Positions 61,701-64,000 of a stretch of DNA of 64,000 nt are shown piece after piece; position 1 is the first letter of the stretch, and each line of letters starts with the position of its first letter. Source of the stretch: Eledone cirrhosa (taxonomy: Eukaryota). A program made the position numbers and the translations under genes. Location of the stretch: contig OZ024742.1 in assembly GCA_964016885.1 (NCBI GenBank), positions 162,750,001 through 162,814,000 on the forward strand. Reading direction: 5' to 3'. The notes under the pieces were generated by a model that was not told where the DNA came from, ran no database searches, and saw nothing but the letters and a program-made list of their open reading frames with translations.

Positions 61701-64000
61701 CTCCCCCTGATTTTTTTTTACGAATTATCTCCCTCTGATTTTTTTTTACAAATTATCTCCGCCTGATTTTTTTTTTTAAATTATCTACCCTTGAACGGCT
61801 GGAAATTATCTCCCCTTGGACGGCTGGAAATTATCTCCCCTTGGACGGCTGAAAATTATCTCCCCTTGGACGGCTGGAAATTATCTCCCCTTGATTTTTT
61901 TTACAAATTATCTCCCCCTGATTTTTTTTTACAAATTATCTCCCCCTGATTTTTTTTTACAAATTATCTCCCCCTGATTTTTTTTTACAAATTATCTGCC
62001 CCTGATTTTTTTTACAAATTATCTCCCCCTGATTTTTTTACAAATTATCTCCCCTTGGCTGGCTGGAAATTATCTCCCCTTGGAGGCTGGAATTTATCTC
62101 CCCTTGGACGGCTAGAAATTACCTCTCCTTGGACGGCTGGAAAATATTTCTCCTTGGACGGCTGGATATTATCTACCCTTGGACGGGTGGAAATTATCTC
62201 CCCTTGGACGGCTGGAAATTATCTCCCCTTGGACGGCTAGATATTACCTCCCCTTGGACGGCTGGAAATTATCTCCCCATGATTTTTTTTACAAATTATC
62301 TCCCCCTGATTTTTTTTTTACAAATTATCTCCCCCTGATTTTTTTACAAATTATCTCCCCCTGATTTTTTTTACAAATTATCTCCGCCTGATTTTTTTAA
62401 ATATTATCTTCCCTTGGCTGGCGGGAAATTATCTCCCCTTGGACGGCTGAAAATTATCTCCCCTTGGGCGGCTGGAAATTATCTCCCCTTGGACGGCTGG
62501 AAATTATCTCCCCTTGATTTTTTTTACAAATTATCTCCCCCTGATTATTTTTTACAAATTATCTTTCCCTGATTTTTTTTTACAAATTATCTCCCCCTGA
62601 TTTTTTTTACAAATTATCTCCCCCTGATATTTTTACAAATTATCTCCCTTTGGCTGGCTGGAAATTATCTCCCCTTGGAGGCTGGAATTTATCTCCCCTT
62701 GGACGGCTAGTAATTACCTCTCCTTGGACGGCTGGAAAATATGTCTCGTTGGAGGGCTGGAAATTATCTCCCCTTGGATGGCTGGAAATTATCTCCCCTT
62801 GGACGGCTGGAAATTATCTCTCCTTGGACGGCTAGAAATTACCTCTCCTTGGACGGCTGAAAATTATCTCTCCTTGGACGGCTGGAAATTATCTCCCCTT
62901 GGACGGCTAGATATTACCTCCCCTTGGACGGCTGGAAATTATCTCCCCTTGATTTTTTTTACAAATTATCTCCCCCTGATTTTTTTTACAAATTATCTCC
63001 GCCTAATTTTTTTAAATATTATCTTCCCTTGGCTGGCGGGAAATTATCTCCCCTTGGACGGCTGAAAATTATCTCCCCTTGGACGGCTGGAAATTATCTC
63101 CCCTTGATTTTTTTTACAAATTATCTCCCCCTGATTTTTTTTTACAAATTATCTCCCCCTGATTTTTTTTTACAAATTATCTCCCCCTGATTTTTTTTTA
63201 CAAATTATCTCGCCCTGATTTTTTTTTACAAATTATCTCCCCTTGGCTGGCTGGAAATTATCTCCCCTTCGAGGCTGGAATTTATCTCCCCTTGGACGGC
63301 TAGAAATTACCTCTCCTTGGACGGCTGGAAAATATGTCCTTGGACGGCTGGATATTATCTACCCTTGGACGGCTGGAAATTATCTCCCCTTGGACGGCTG
63401 GAAATTATCTCCCCTTGGACGGCTAGATATTACCTCCCCTTGGACGGCTGGAAATTATCTCCCCTTGATTTTTTTTACAAATTATCTCCCCCTGATTTTT
63501 TTTACAAATCTAATGATTTTTTAAAAAAAATTATCTCCCCTTCGCTGGCTGGAAATTATCTCCCCTTGGACGCTGGAAATTATAGCCCCTTGGAGGGCTG
63601 GAAATTATCTTCCCTTGGACGGCTGGAAATTATCTCCCCTTGGCTCGAAATTATCTCCCCTTGGACGGCTAGAAATTATCTCTCTTTGGACGGCTGGAAA
63701 TTATCTCCCTTTGATTTTTTTTACAAATTATCTCCCCCTGATTTTTTTTACAAATCTCCCCCTGATTTTTTAAAAAAAATTATCTCCCCTTCGCTGGCTG
63801 GAAATTATCTCCCCTTGGACACTGGAAATTATAGCCCCTTGGAGGGCTGGAAATTATCTTCCCTTGGACGGCTGGAAATTATCTCTGCTTGATTTTTTTT
63901 ACAAATTATCTCCCCCTGATTTTTTTTTACAAATTATCCCCCCCGATTTTTTTTACAAATTATCTCCCCCTGATTTTTTTACAAATTATCTCCCCTTGGA
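55875..64000 (+). repeat. 4360-bp tandem duplication (55875-60240, then 60240 onward) whose second copy has a 785-bp deletion and a 25-bp insertion
   Basis: Offsets are 4360 (55953/60313, 56448/60808, 57096/61456), then 3575 (58480/62055), then 3600 (59050/62650, 59643/63243). Confidence 0.9.

Larger units (their letters stand above)
1..64000. repeat. Complex two-monomer satellite array: shared 16-bp core AAATTATCTCCCCYTG plus linker A (GACGGCTGG, 25-bp unit) or linker B (A-T7-10-AC, 26-29-bp unit); runs off both window ends
   Basis: The core recurs every 21-29 bp from the first to the last line. I saw no unique sequence, no inversion and no insertion of foreign DNA. Confidence 0.99.

Noticed and set aside
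78-63892. All ORFs in the six-frame track as protein-coding genes
   Set aside because: They overlap in several frames, mostly start at TTG within the repeat core, and are translations of the satellite. Unit lengths (21-29 bp) and T-tract indels do not preserve frame, and there are no recognisable domains.
1-64000. CRISPR array (constant repeat plus variable spacer)
   Set aside because: The 'repeat' is 16 bp and the 'spacers' are 9-13 bp of only two recurring types. There are no unique spacers, leader or cas genes.
1-64000. Telomerase-made long telomeric repeat (as in 25-bp budding-yeast telomeres)
   Set aside because: Neither strand resembles a TG-rich telomere unit I know. Inherited position-specific variants and kb-scale duplications indicate recombinational copying, not templated synthesis.
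1-64000. Sequencing artefact, rolling-circle concatemer or synthetic DNA
   Set aside because: Hierarchically shared variants, reproducible homopolymer lengths and a range of divergence levels between copies fit natural satellite evolution. Individual junctions still need read support.
1-64000. Assignment as centromere, or to a named satellite or species
   Set aside because: There is no diagnostic motif such as a CENP-B box and no monomer I recognise. Function and taxon cannot be read from this sequence alone.

Overview
The whole 64 kb window is one uninterrupted, single-orientation, complex satellite (tandem-repeat) array, most likely eukaryotic heterochromatin; the organism cannot be determined from the sequence. 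It contains no credible genes, RNA genes, transposons or CRISPR array. Roughly 2,400 monomers (64,000 / ~26 bp) share a 16-bp core AAATTATCTCCCC(C/T)TG followed by one of two linkers. Type A has a GC-rich linker GACGGCTGG (25-bp monomer); type B has an AT-rich linker A-T(7-10)-AC (26-29-bp monomer). A and B monomers form alternating runs, with position-specific variants and conserved poly-T lengths that define about six recurring modules. The modules follow a recurring ~5.2-5.5 kb order that has been reshuffled by nested, register-preserving duplications and deletions (offsets 249, 395, 540, 1474, 2568, 3082, ~4150, 4360, ~11,000, ~19,250 and ~45,670 bp). All listed ORFs are by-products of the A monomer having no + strand stop codon. 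The interesting biology here is the two-state repeat grammar and its recombination history, not a protein-coding system. All alignments were done by eye and with ORF-track offsets, so breakpoints are approximate.
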